Assembly: GCA_031366795.1 (NCBI GenBank)
Contig: JANLOX010000095.1
Location: 1 to 24,602 of the forward strand
Direction of reading: 5' to 3'
DNA: 24,602 nt
From: Candidatus Eiseniibacteriota bacterium
Lineage (GTDB): Bacteria > Eisenbacteria > RBG-16-71-46
The notes beneath the pieces are model-generated. The model was not told the origin of the DNA. It ran no database searches and worked only from the letters and a program-made list of their open reading frames with translations. A program made the translations under genes and the position numbers. This document shows positions 7,468 to 15,617 of the stretch, in pieces. The number at the start of each line of letters is the position of its first letter. Position 1 is the first letter of the stretch.

Positions 7468-8244
7468 CTACGTGCCGAGGATGTGCGATCCCGCATCGAC
7501 ATACAGCGTCGTGCCGGTGATGCCACTCGCCAGGTCCGACAACAGGAACAATCCCGCCGCACCGACCTCATCCTTGGTGATGTTGCGCTGCAGCGGTGAC
7601 GCTTCGCCGTGTTGCTTGAGCATGTCGACGAAGCCACGCACGCCGCGCGCGGCGAGCGTGTTCACGGGGCCGGCGCTGATGCAGTTGACGCGGATCTTCT
7701 TCGGTCCCAGCTCGAGCGCCATCTGCCGCGTCATCTGCTCGAGTACCGCCTTGGCGCTGCCCATCACGTTGTAGTTCGCAACGGCGCGCTCGGCGGCGAG
7801 GTAGGACAGCGTCACCACGCTGCCACCCTGCTGCTCGAGCAACGGCAACACGCGATTGGTCACGTTGAGGTAGGAGTAGGCGCTGACCTCGAGCGCCAGC
7901 TGGAAGCCTTCACGCGGGGTGGCGAGGAAGCTGCCCTCGGGGTCCTCGCGCCGCGCGAAGGCGATGCCGTGCACGAGAATCTGCAGCGAGCCCCAGCGCG
8001 TCTCGAGCTCCTTGGCGACCGCGTCGATCTCATGGTCGAGCGTGACATCGCACGGCAGCACGATCGCGTCCGGCAGTCTGGCGGCCAGTTCCTCGACGCT
8101 CGACTTGAGCCGCTCGCCCGCGTAGGTCAGGCACACGCTCGCCCCTGCCTTCGACAGGTGCTCGGCGATCGACCAGGACAGGCTGCGGTGGTTTGCGACT
8201 CCCATGACGAGCGCGTGACGGCCGCTGAGATCAATGGTGTACAT
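7468..8244 (-). CDS. fabI: Enoyl-[ACP] reductase FabI
   Basis: Motifs GVANHRSLSWSIA, CDV, VHGIAFA, SAYSY, YNVMGSAK (catalytic Y-x6-K), RVNCISAGPVNTLAA and ITG..LYVDAG. Confidence 0.95.
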   Translation of the reverse strand: MYTIDLSGRHALVMGVANHRSLSWSIAEHLSKAGASVCLTYAGERLKSSVEELAARLPDAIVLPCDVTLDHEIDAVAKELETRWGSLQILVHGIAFARREDPEGSFLATPREGFQLALEVSAYSYLNVTNRVLPLLEQQGGSVVTLSYLAAERAVANYNVMGSAKAVLEQMTRQMALELGPKKIRVNCISAGPVNTLAARGVRGFVDMLKQHGEASPLQRNITKDEVGAAGLFLLSDLASGITGTTLYVDAGSHILGT

Positions 8245-8305
8245 CGGGCCTCCGTGAGGTCGGTGGTGCGGCGCCCTGCTCCAGGACCGATCGGGCGCCG
8301 GGAGT

Positions 8306-10297
8306 CTAGGCGAGCCGCTGCGTCTCCCAGACGCGGATCGGCAGGATGATCACTTGCACGCCCGAGAACTGCAGGCGGCGCTGGATCGAGAACGAGGTTT
8401 CCGAATGCAGCGTGCGCGACAGCACGTTTTCACGCTCAAACACCAGCTGCCCGGCGAACACGACCGAGCGCCGGAATTCCTTGATGAGATCGGTGCTGAT
8501 GTTGTCGAGTTCCTCGATCAGGTCGGTGCCCAGCGTGTAGCGGTACTCGGCGTAGTACCCCATGCGCTGCGCCAGTGCTGTGTACTTGATCAAGTCCTCG
8601 CGCACCTGCTGCTCGAACGCCTCGACGTCCTGGACGCCCTTGAATTTGTTGGAGTCGACGAGGCCGACCGAGATGAACACGAAGTTCTTGAAGTGGCGCG
8701 GGAACAACCGCTGCACCGACAGCAGCGTGTGGATCCCCAGCCCGGCATAGGACTCGACCATCACGATGGCGGTGGGGCCATCGGGGCTCAGCTCCTGGTA
8801 TTCCTTGGGCTCGGGGAACGGCAGGTTCGTCAGCGCGTCATCCAGCGTGGACAGCATCTTGCGCACGCGCTGGTAGTGATTGCGCACGAGAAAGCACACG
8901 CCGACGAAGGCGCCGGTCGCGGCGAGCGTGACCCAGCCGCCTTCCTTGAACTTGATCACCGTGGTGATGATGAGGATGCCGCCGGTGACCAGTGTGCCGA
9001 CCAGCGCAATCAGGAAGCGCCGCCGCCAGTGCGCGACCTGCTTCCGCACGTTGAGCCAGTGCTTGACCATGCCGAGCTGGGTCAGCGTGAAGGTGAGGAA
9101 CACGTTGATCGAGTACATGATGAGCAGCAGCTTCACCGAGCCATGCGTGTACAACAGCATCAACGCGGCGGCGATGCCCATGGTGATGACGCCGTTCTGC
9201 GTGACCAGCCGCTCCGACAAGTGGTTGAAGCGCTTGGGCACCCACTGGTCCGCCGCCATCGCCGCCAGCGTGCGCGGCCCCGCGAGGAAGCCCGTCTGCG
9301 CCGCCACGAACAGCAGCAGCCCTTCGAAGATCAGCGTGAACCACACCACCCCGGTGCCGGTCTTGACGCCGCCGATCTGCCAGTTGGCGGTGATGGTGGC
9401 GAACAGCGAGGCGTTGAGTGTCTTGCCGGGCTCGTGCTGCACGTTGTTGAGCAGGTAGCACAACAGGATGCCGCCGGCCGTGAACGACAGCGAGATCGCC
9501 ATATAGAGCATGGTCTTCTTGCCGGTCTCGACTTTGGGCTCGCGCAGGATCTCGGTGCTGTTGCTGACCGCCTCGATTCCCGTGAACGAGGCGCCGCCGA
9601 GCGAGAACGCCCGCAGGAAGATGATGATGACACCGAACAGGCCCAGCTCCGAGACCGCCGAATGTGTGTCGCGCAAGGTGTCGCTGGTCAGCTGTTGCAT
9701 GGCCGGGGCATGGCCAAAGATGCCGATGCCGATCAGTGCGACGTGGCTGATCATGAAGGCGATGAAGATCGGCGTGAGCACGACGATCGATTCCTTGACG
9801 CCGCGGATGTTGATGGCCGTGAGCAAGATCAGCACCATGAATTCCGTGGGCAGCTTGTAGCCGATCGAGCCATGCGGTAGGAACGAGAAGATGGCGTCGC
9901 AACCCGAGGCCACCGAGGTCACGATGGTGAGGATGTAGTCGATCACCAGCGCGCCGCCCGAGATCACGCCCGGAGTGGTGCCCAGCAACTTGGTGGCGAC
10001 GAGGTAGCCGCCGCCGCCGCTGGGGAACAATTCGATGATGTAGCTGTACGAGGCCGAGATGAGGAACACCGTCCCGACGATGGCGATGACCAGGTAGAGC
10101 GCCAGGTGCTGGTGGGCGCCGAGATTCAGGAACGCTTCTTCGGGGCCATAGCACGACGACGAGAGACCGTCGGAGCCAAGGCCTACCCAGGCGAAGAAGG
10201 CGACCAGGGCCAGCGTGTGGTGGATGCGGGGATCGAGGAGGTTTTTCTTACCCCCCACCAGTATTTCACGGAGTCGTTCGAGCACGGCGGGGGACAT
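8306..10297 (-). CDS. APC-superfamily transporter, KimA/KUP-like K+/H+ symporter
   Basis: Many TM segments plus a cytoplasmic C-terminal domain. KimA-type motifs SDGLSSSCYGPEE, GGGGY, IDYILT, TGIEAVSN and MYSINVF. Start is ATG 10297 or GTG 10285. Confidence 0.85.
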   Translation of the reverse strand: MSPAVLERLREILVGGKKNLLDPRIHHTLALVAFFAWVGLGSDGLSSSCYGPEEAFLNLGAHQHLALYLVIAIVGTVFLISASYSYIIELFPSGGGGYLVATKLLGTTPGVISGGALVIDYILTIVTSVASGCDAIFSFLPHGSIGYKLPTEFMVLILLTAINIRGVKESIVVLTPIFIAFMISHVALIGIGIFGHAPAMQQLTSDTLRDTHSAVSELGLFGVIIIFLRAFSLGGASFTGIEAVSNSTEILREPKVETGKKTMLYMAISLSFTAGGILLCYLLNNVQHEPGKTLNASLFATITANWQIGGVKTGTGVVWFTLIFEGLLLFVAAQTGFLAGPRTLAAMAADQWVPKRFNHLSERLVTQNGVITMGIAAALMLLYTHGSVKLLLIMYSINVFLTFTLTQLGMVKHWLNVRKQVAHWRRRFLIALVGTLVTGGILIITTVIKFKEGGWVTLAATGAFVGVCFLVRNHYQRVRKMLSTLDDALTNLPFPEPKEYQELSPDGPTAIVMVESYAGLGIHTLLSVQRLFPRHFKNFVFISVGLVDSNKFKGVQDVEAFEQQVREDLIKYTALAQRMGYYAEYRYTLGTDLIEELDNISTDLIKEFRRSVVFAGQLVFERENVLSRTLHSETSFSIQRRLQFSGVQVIILPIRVWETQRLA

Positions 10298-10298
10298 T

Positions 10299-11024
10299 AT
10301 GGGGTTGCAAGGTCGCGCGCAAGGTTCGGCGGGGAGCGCGCTTGCCAGGGTGACGCAAGACATTGTGGCGTGCGAGCGTTGCAGCCGCCTCCGCCGCTAC
10401 TGCGAAGGCGTCGCCCGCGAGCGCCGGCGCGCCTATGCGGACCAGCAGTACTGGGGCCGCCCGGTGCCCGGTTTCGGCGACCCGTCCGCCCGGTTGCTCG
10501 TCGTCGGGCTCGCCCCCGCGGCGCATGGCGGCAACCGCACTGGCCGGGTGTTTACCGGGGATTCGAGCGGCGATTGGCTGTACGAGGCCCTGCACCGCCA
10601 TGGCTGGGCCAACCAGCCGGAGTCGACCGGCCGCGACGACGGTTTGAAGCTGACCGGGGCCTACGTGACCGCCGCCGCCCGCTGCGCGCCGCCCGGCAAC
10701 AAGCCCACGCCGGCGGAGTTCTCGAATTGCCGGGAGTACCTTGGCCGGGAAATCACTTTGCTCGACAAAGTGGTGGTCGTGGTCGCACTCGGTTCACTGG
10801 GCCACGAACACTGGCTGCGGGCGTCCAGGTGGTGGGAGCGTTTGGCGCCCCGTGAGCGGCCGAAGTTCGCGCATGGCGCGGAGGCCTGGCTCGAGGGAGG
10901 CCCGCTCCTGCTCGCCTCGTACCACCCGAGCCGCCAGAACACGAACACCAAGCGACTCACGCGCGCGATGTGGCACGCGGTGTTCGCGCGGGCGCGGGAG
11001 GCGGTCGACGCGGCCGGAGGGTAG
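10299..11024 (+). CDS. udgB: Uracil-DNA glycosylase family 5 (UdgB-type, 4Fe-4S)
   Basis: Motifs CERC, YWGRPVPGFGD, GLAPAAHGGNRTGRVFTGD, RCAPPGNKP..C and YHPSRQN. Exact start uncertain. Confidence 0.92.
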   Translation: MGLQGRAQGSAGSALARVTQDIVACERCSRLRRYCEGVARERRRAYADQQYWGRPVPGFGDPSARLLVVGLAPAAHGGNRTGRVFTGDSSGDWLYEALHRHGWANQPESTGRDDGLKLTGAYVTAAARCAPPGNKPTPAEFSNCREYLGREITLLDKVVVVVALGSLGHEHWLRASRWWERLAPRERPKFAHGAEAWLEGGPLLLASYHPSRQNTNTKRLTRAMWHAVFARAREAVDAAGG

Positions 11025-11037
11025 GGGCTCAGTTGAG

Positions 11038-11103
11038 GACCGGCGCTCGCGTGAGCGCCGGTCACACGCGTGGCCCGGGCGCCATGAGCGCTCCGGGCCA
11101 CGC
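11038..11103. terminator. Two tandem GC-rich hairpins between convergent genes (bidirectional terminator or REP-like)
   Basis: GACCGGCGCTC-GCGT-GAGCGCCGGTC (11038-11063, perfect 11 bp) and GCGTGGCCCGG...CCGGGCCACGC (11068-11103, perfect 11 bp plus inner GCGC pair). No U-tract. Confidence 0.55.
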
Positions 11104-11116
11104 TGTCATCTTGGGT

Positions 11117-11668
11117 CTAGCGGCGCTTCGAGTTGCCGCGACGGCCCGTCGTCATGACTTCTTCATCCTCTTCCTCATCCATCTCGTTGCACGAGGCGGT
11201 GAGCGGCAGCGCGATCTGGGTCAGCAAGGCGTCCGCCGCCGATTCTTCGCCCAGAATGGCCTCGAGTTGCTTGACCGCCTTGTCCTCGCCCAGCTCGCGG
11301 GCCCACGCGCACAGCGTTCCGTAGGTCGCGATCTCGTAGTGCTCCACCTTCTGGGCCGCGGCGATCAGCATGAGATCCTTGAGCTCAGGAGGTGCCCCTT
11401 CATTCATCAACTCCGCACCCTCAGCGAGCAGGCCCACCATCGCCTTGCAGGTTTTCTTAGCGGCACTCCCCTCGAGCGACTCAAGGATGTTCTCCACGCG
11501 CTTGAGATGGCCTTCGGTCTGCTTGAGGTGGTCCTGGAATGCCTTGACGAGCTGCTTCGAGGAGGCAGCCTTGGCCAGCTTCGGCAAGGCCTTCGTCAGG
11601 CGGGTTTCCGCGTCACACACATCCTTCAATTCGTCGATGAACAATTCCCTGAGATTCTTGACAGCCAT
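11117..11668 (-). CDS. yciF: Ferritin-like DUF892 (YciF family) stress protein
   Basis: Motifs LRELFIDELKD, ALPKLAKAA, HLKQTEGH, CKAMVGLLAEG and LIAAAQKVEHYEIATYGTL. ATG 11668 follows SD AAGGAG. Confidence 0.92.
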   Translation of the reverse strand: MAVKNLRELFIDELKDVCDAETRLTKALPKLAKAASSKQLVKAFQDHLKQTEGHLKRVENILESLEGSAAKKTCKAMVGLLAEGAELMNEGAPPELKDLMLIAAAQKVEHYEIATYGTLCAWARELGEDKAVKQLEAILGEESAADALLTQIALPLTASCNEMDEEEDEEVMTTGRRGNSKRR

Positions 11669-11737
11669 GGTGATCTCCTTTGCGTGGCACAAGTCGAGAT
11701 AGGATTGCGCGATTGCAGCAGCAGCCGTGACCGCTGC

Positions 11738-11753
11738 AGCAAGGACCACACCA
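11738..11753 (-). promoter_or_regulatory. Sigma-54 promoter candidate for yciF
   Basis: Minus strand TGGTGTGGTCCTTGCT: TGG and TTGCT at exact consensus spacing, 70 nt upstream of the ATG. Confidence 0.5.
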
Positions 11754-11916
11754 CAAGTGCCATGAGGCATCGCGCCCATCGGCCGCGGGAATCGCCAGTG
11801 TTTAGCGATGCGTTGAAGCGGCTGCTCGCGCCGTCGCCGCTGGCCGCATCGGGCGGAACGTAAATTCGGGGTTGCCACGGCGCCACAGCTACAATTCTGG
11901 GCGTGGTCAGGCTTGC

Positions 11917-13167
11917 TTAAGCCCGCTCTTCCCACACGCGGCACAGGTGCACGATCGTCTCGACCGCCTTCTCCATGTCCTGCACCGACACCCATTCGAG
12001 GCGCGAGTGGTAGTTGTGGCCGCCGGTGAACAGGTTGGGCGTGGGCAGGCCCATGAAACTCAGGCGCGAGCCGTCGGTGCCGCCGCGGATGGCGGCGTCG
12101 CGCGGCGTGAACCCGGCGCGGCGAATCGCCTCGCGCGCGTTCTCGACGATGGCGGGGTCGCGATCCAGAATTTCCTTGAAGTTGCGGTAGTTCTCGCGGA
12201 CTTGCACCGACACCGTGGCGCCAGGCCAGCGCGCCACGACCTTGTGCGCCAGTGCCTCGAGCATCGCTTCCTTTTCCTTCAGCCCGGCGGTGGCGAAATC
12301 GCGGATGATGAAGTGGACGGTGGTGCGGTCGACCCCGGCATCCATGCCGTTGGGGTGGACGTAGCCCTCGCGCCCCTCGGTTGTCTCGGGCGACAACGCG
12401 CCGCGCGGCAGCTCGTGAATGAACTCCGCGGCGAGCTTGATGGCGTTGACGAGGCGGTCCTTGGCGTAGCCGGGATGGGTGACGAAGCCCTGGAAGGTCA
12501 CCGCCATCGAGTCCGCCGAGAATGTTTCGGTGTCGACCTCGCCGCGCTCCTCGCCATCGACCGTGTAGGCGCAGTGGGCGCCGAATTTCGCGACGTCGAA
12601 GAACTTGGTGCCCTCGCCGACTTCTTCATCGGGCGTGAAGCCGATGCGGATCGGTCCATGCGGGATCTCGGGATGCGTCGCCAGGTATTCGACCGCCGCC
12701 ATGATTTCGGCAACACCAGCCTTGTCGTCGGCGCCGAGCAGGGTGGTGCCCGAGGCGGTGACGATGTCGTGGCCGCGCTGGCGCTCGAGCGCGGGAATGT
12801 TCCTGGGCCCCAGCGCCATCGCGGGATTGTCCGGCAATACGATGTCCTCGCCTGCCCAGTTGCGATGGATGATCGGCTTCACGTTCTCGCCGCTGGCATC
12901 CGGGGACGTGTCGACATGCGCGACAAAGCCGATCACCGGCACATTGCGCTTGGGAGACGTCGCAGGCAGCGTCGCGAACACGTAGCCGTGCGGCTCCCGT
13001 GTGGCATCGGTGAGGCCGAGCGCCAGCAGTTCGTCCTTCAACAGGTCGAGCAACGCGAGTTGTTTGAGCGTGCTCGGGTAAGTCTTCGAGTCGTACATCG
13101 ACTGGGTATCGAGCTTGACGTAGCGGAGGAAGCGCTCGAGAACGGATGTCTGGGTGGTCGTGGTCAT
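11917..13167 (-). CDS. pepT: Peptidase T (M20B tripeptide aminopeptidase)
   Basis: Motifs ERFLRYVKLDTQS, IGFVAHVDTSPD, TLLGADDKAGVAEI, FTPDEEVG, HPGYAK, IRGGTDG and PNLFTGGHNYHS. ATG 13167. Confidence 0.97.
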   Translation of the reverse strand: MTTTTQTSVLERFLRYVKLDTQSMYDSKTYPSTLKQLALLDLLKDELLALGLTDATREPHGYVFATLPATSPKRNVPVIGFVAHVDTSPDASGENVKPIIHRNWAGEDIVLPDNPAMALGPRNIPALERQRGHDIVTASGTTLLGADDKAGVAEIMAAVEYLATHPEIPHGPIRIGFTPDEEVGEGTKFFDVAKFGAHCAYTVDGEERGEVDTETFSADSMAVTFQGFVTHPGYAKDRLVNAIKLAAEFIHELPRGALSPETTEGREGYVHPNGMDAGVDRTTVHFIIRDFATAGLKEKEAMLEALAHKVVARWPGATVSVQVRENYRNFKEILDRDPAIVENAREAIRRAGFTPRDAAIRGGTDGSRLSFMGLPTPNLFTGGHNYHSRLEWVSVQDMEKAVETIVHLCRVWEERA

Positions 13168-13246
13168 GCGCGGCTCCGGAATGTCGATTGAGTGCAACGC
13201 TAAAATTGTGGGCGGTGCGGTGCGATCCCGCCGCGAAGGCATTGTC

Positions 13247-13275
13247 TTGACTCATGCCGCTCCAGCAGTCAATCT
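13247..13275 (+). promoter_or_regulatory. Sigma-70-like promoter candidate for the riboswitch/TonB operon
   Basis: TTGACT-N17-CAATCT immediately upstream of riboswitch P1; the -10 is weak. TTGACT...AGTCAA also forms a 6-14-6 inverted repeat. Confidence 0.3.
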
Positions 13276-13286
13276 ACCTGCAACAT

Positions 13287-13454
13287 CATCCGGGTGCCCA
13301 CACAGTGTGGGGTAATAGGGAAGAGGGGTTAAACGCCCCCGCGGTCCCGCCACTGTAATGGGTCGGCCGGTTCCAGAGTGCCACTGATCGCACTGTTGTT
13401 CGCGATCGGGAAGGCGGAGCCGGAGCGCCCAGAGCCAGGAAACCTGCCCGGATG
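13287..13454 (+). ncRNA. Cobalamin (AdoCbl/B12) riboswitch
   Basis: P1 CATCCGGG/CCCGGATG. Conserved elements GGTG, AATAGGGAA, CCCGCCACTGT, GCCACTG, GGGAAGGC and the B12 box AGCCAGGAAACCTGCC appear in canonical order, upstream of a TonB receptor. Confidence 0.97.
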
Positions 13455-13558
13455 CCATTGCCTCTAGCGCCACGCGGAATGGCGTCTGGGATCGGTGTCC
13501 CGTGTGGCCCCGTCTCCTGGATTCATTCCAGGGCACGGGGCCATTCGATTGAGGCGCG

Positions 13559-15598
13559 TTGGACGCCGTGATCGCTACTCTACTATTGGCGCTCGCCCTT
13601 GGGAGCCCAGCGGATTCGCTTAGCCCTGTCCCCGACTCGGCGCAAGTGCACCCCGTACTGACGCTGCCCGAGACGCGCGTCGACAGTGAGCGCGCGGTGC
13701 GCGATGCGCGCCACCGCCAGCCCACGGCGTTCGTGTCGGATCTTGCCGCGGGCTCGACGGGCCACGCGCTCGAGACGCTGCCCGAGCTGCTCGGCCGCAG
13801 CGCCGCCGTGCGCATCCAGCAGTATGGCGGCCTTGGTTCGTTCGCGACGGTGTCGCTGCGCGGCGCCCCTGCGGGGCAGGTGTCGGTGTACATCGACGGC
13901 GTGCCGTTGACCTCTGCGGCGGGCAGCGTGGTCAATATCAACGATCTTCCGGTCACCTCGATCGAGCGCCTCGAGGTGTATCCCGGCGTCTCGCCGCTCG
14001 AGCTCGGGCCTGCTACTCCCGGCGGCGCCATCAATGTAGTAACGCTGGCACCCGCACCCCTCGCGCGGCTCAAGTTGCTGCGCGGCTCGTTCGACACGTG
14101 GGAGGGCGTGGGCACCGCGGGTGCTCGACGCGGCGCGTGGTCGGCTTTGGTGCATGGCGGTTACCAGGGCGCGCGCGGCGACTTCGGCTATTGGGACGAC
14201 AACGGCACGCCGCTCAATCCCGCGGATGACGCCGCCTCGATCCGCCAGAACAACCGCTTCGATTCGCGCAGCGTGCTCGGCACCCTCAAGGGCCTCCTGC
14301 CCGCGCGCGTGCAGTTGATGCTCAAGCAGAGCGTGTTCGGCAAGGCGCAGGGTGTCCCGGGGCTGGGCGCGGTGCCCGCGCAGGCGACGCGATTGGCGCT
14401 CCGTCGCGCGATCACCGCGCTCGATCTCGACCGCCCGGGGTCGCGCGTGATGCCGCTGCTGCATGCGAATGTCTCGCTTGATCGCGCGCGCACGAAGTTC
14501 CGCGATCGCCTGGGGGAACTGGGCGCCGGCACCGCCGACACCGATGACCGGTTCTCGGGCGAGCAATACGGAGTGCGCGCCGAGTCGCCGCAGCTGCCGG
14601 GTGGCATCCACATCGAAGGGACCGCGCAGGGGCGGGACGAGCGCGCCAAGCTCCACGATGCGGTCGCGACGCACGCCGATCCGCCGCCGAGCCGGCGCAT
14701 CACGCGCGGCGTCAGCGTGCGCGCACTCGTGCGCCCGCTGGGTGAACGCGTGCTGCTGATCGCGGGCCGTCGCTGGGACCGCCAGCACGACGCGCTCAAC
14801 TGGACGACGTCACTCGGGCAGGCGGGCGCTTCCGACCTCGTTCGCGAACTCGACGCGCCTCAGCTGGGCGCCCAACTGCAGCTGACGCACGCGCTCGTGG
14901 CCAAGGGCAACTGGAGCAAGTCGACGCGTGCGCCCGAGTTCCTCGAGTTGTTTGGCAACGAAGGCAGCGTGCGCGGCAACCCGCAACTCGCGCCTGAGCG
15001 TTCTGAAAATTGGGACGCGGGCTCCACCTTCGCGTTCGCGCGCTTCGGGCTGCGCGGCCAACTTGAGTTCGCGCACTACGAGCAGCACGCGCGCGACCTG
15101 ATCACCTACGCGCGAAACTCCGCCAGCAGCGTGCGCGCCCTCAACGTGGCGCGGGCGAGGATTCGCGGCGAAGAGCTGAGCGCATCGCTTCACTTGCCGC
15201 GCGGCGTCTCGCTGTCGGGGTGGTACGCATGGCAGGGCACGCTCGACCAGGGCAACGCCGCGATCTGGCGTGGCCGGCAGTTGCCGCAGCGCCCCGAGCA
15301 TCACGCCTTCGGCCAGGTGCGCTGGCACGTGCGCGCGCTTGAGCTGGCGGGCGAGTGGGAACACCTGGGCGAGGACTACATGGATCGCGCCAACCGCCTG
15401 CGCGTCGCGGCGCGCAACTTCACCGGCGCTTCGATCGGCGCTCGCGTGTTGCCCGGCGCGCGCGTGATGTTCGAAGCCAAGAATCTCAAAAACGTTCGCG
15501 CGGCCGATGTGGCGGGCTTCCCGCTGCCCGGCCGTAGCTTCTTCCTGTCGTGCGAGTGGGATGGAACGGCTCGCGCGGCGCTGTCCCCACTTCCTTGA
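13559..15598 (+). CDS. TonB-dependent receptor, probable cobalamin transporter (BtuB-like)
   Basis: Signal peptide; plug motifs QQYGGLGSFATVSLRG, VYIDGVP, IERLEVYPG and GGAINVVT; barrel motifs RAPEFLELFG, GNPQLAPERS and PLPGRSF. B12 specificity is inferred from the riboswitch. Start is TTG 13559 or GTG 13568. Confidence 0.9.
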   Translation: MDAVIATLLLALALGSPADSLSPVPDSAQVHPVLTLPETRVDSERAVRDARHRQPTAFVSDLAAGSTGHALETLPELLGRSAAVRIQQYGGLGSFATVSLRGAPAGQVSVYIDGVPLTSAAGSVVNINDLPVTSIERLEVYPGVSPLELGPATPGGAINVVTLAPAPLARLKLLRGSFDTWEGVGTAGARRGAWSALVHGGYQGARGDFGYWDDNGTPLNPADDAASIRQNNRFDSRSVLGTLKGLLPARVQLMLKQSVFGKAQGVPGLGAVPAQATRLALRRAITALDLDRPGSRVMPLLHANVSLDRARTKFRDRLGELGAGTADTDDRFSGEQYGVRAESPQLPGGIHIEGTAQGRDERAKLHDAVATHADPPPSRRITRGVSVRALVRPLGERVLLIAGRRWDRQHDALNWTTSLGQAGASDLVRELDAPQLGAQLQLTHALVAKGNWSKSTRAPEFLELFGNEGSVRGNPQLAPERSENWDAGSTFAFARFGLRGQLEFAHYEQHARDLITYARNSASSVRALNVARARIRGEELSASLHLPRGVSLSGWYAWQGTLDQGNAAIWRGRQLPQRPEHHAFGQVRWHVRALELAGEWEHLGEDYMDRANRLRVAARNFTGASIGARVLPGARVMFEAKNLKNVRAADVAGFPLPGRSFFLSCEWDGTARAALSPLP

Positions 15599-15617
15599 GC
15601 GCCACGAGGCACCATCG

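Noticed and set aside
8354..9880. Long antisense or alternate-frame ORFs (e.g. 8354-9880+, 11872-13191+, 13583-14788-, 21119-22636+, 5409-6377+)
   Set aside because: These are shadow ORFs expected in high-GC DNA. They overlap well-supported genes and show no recognisable motifs.
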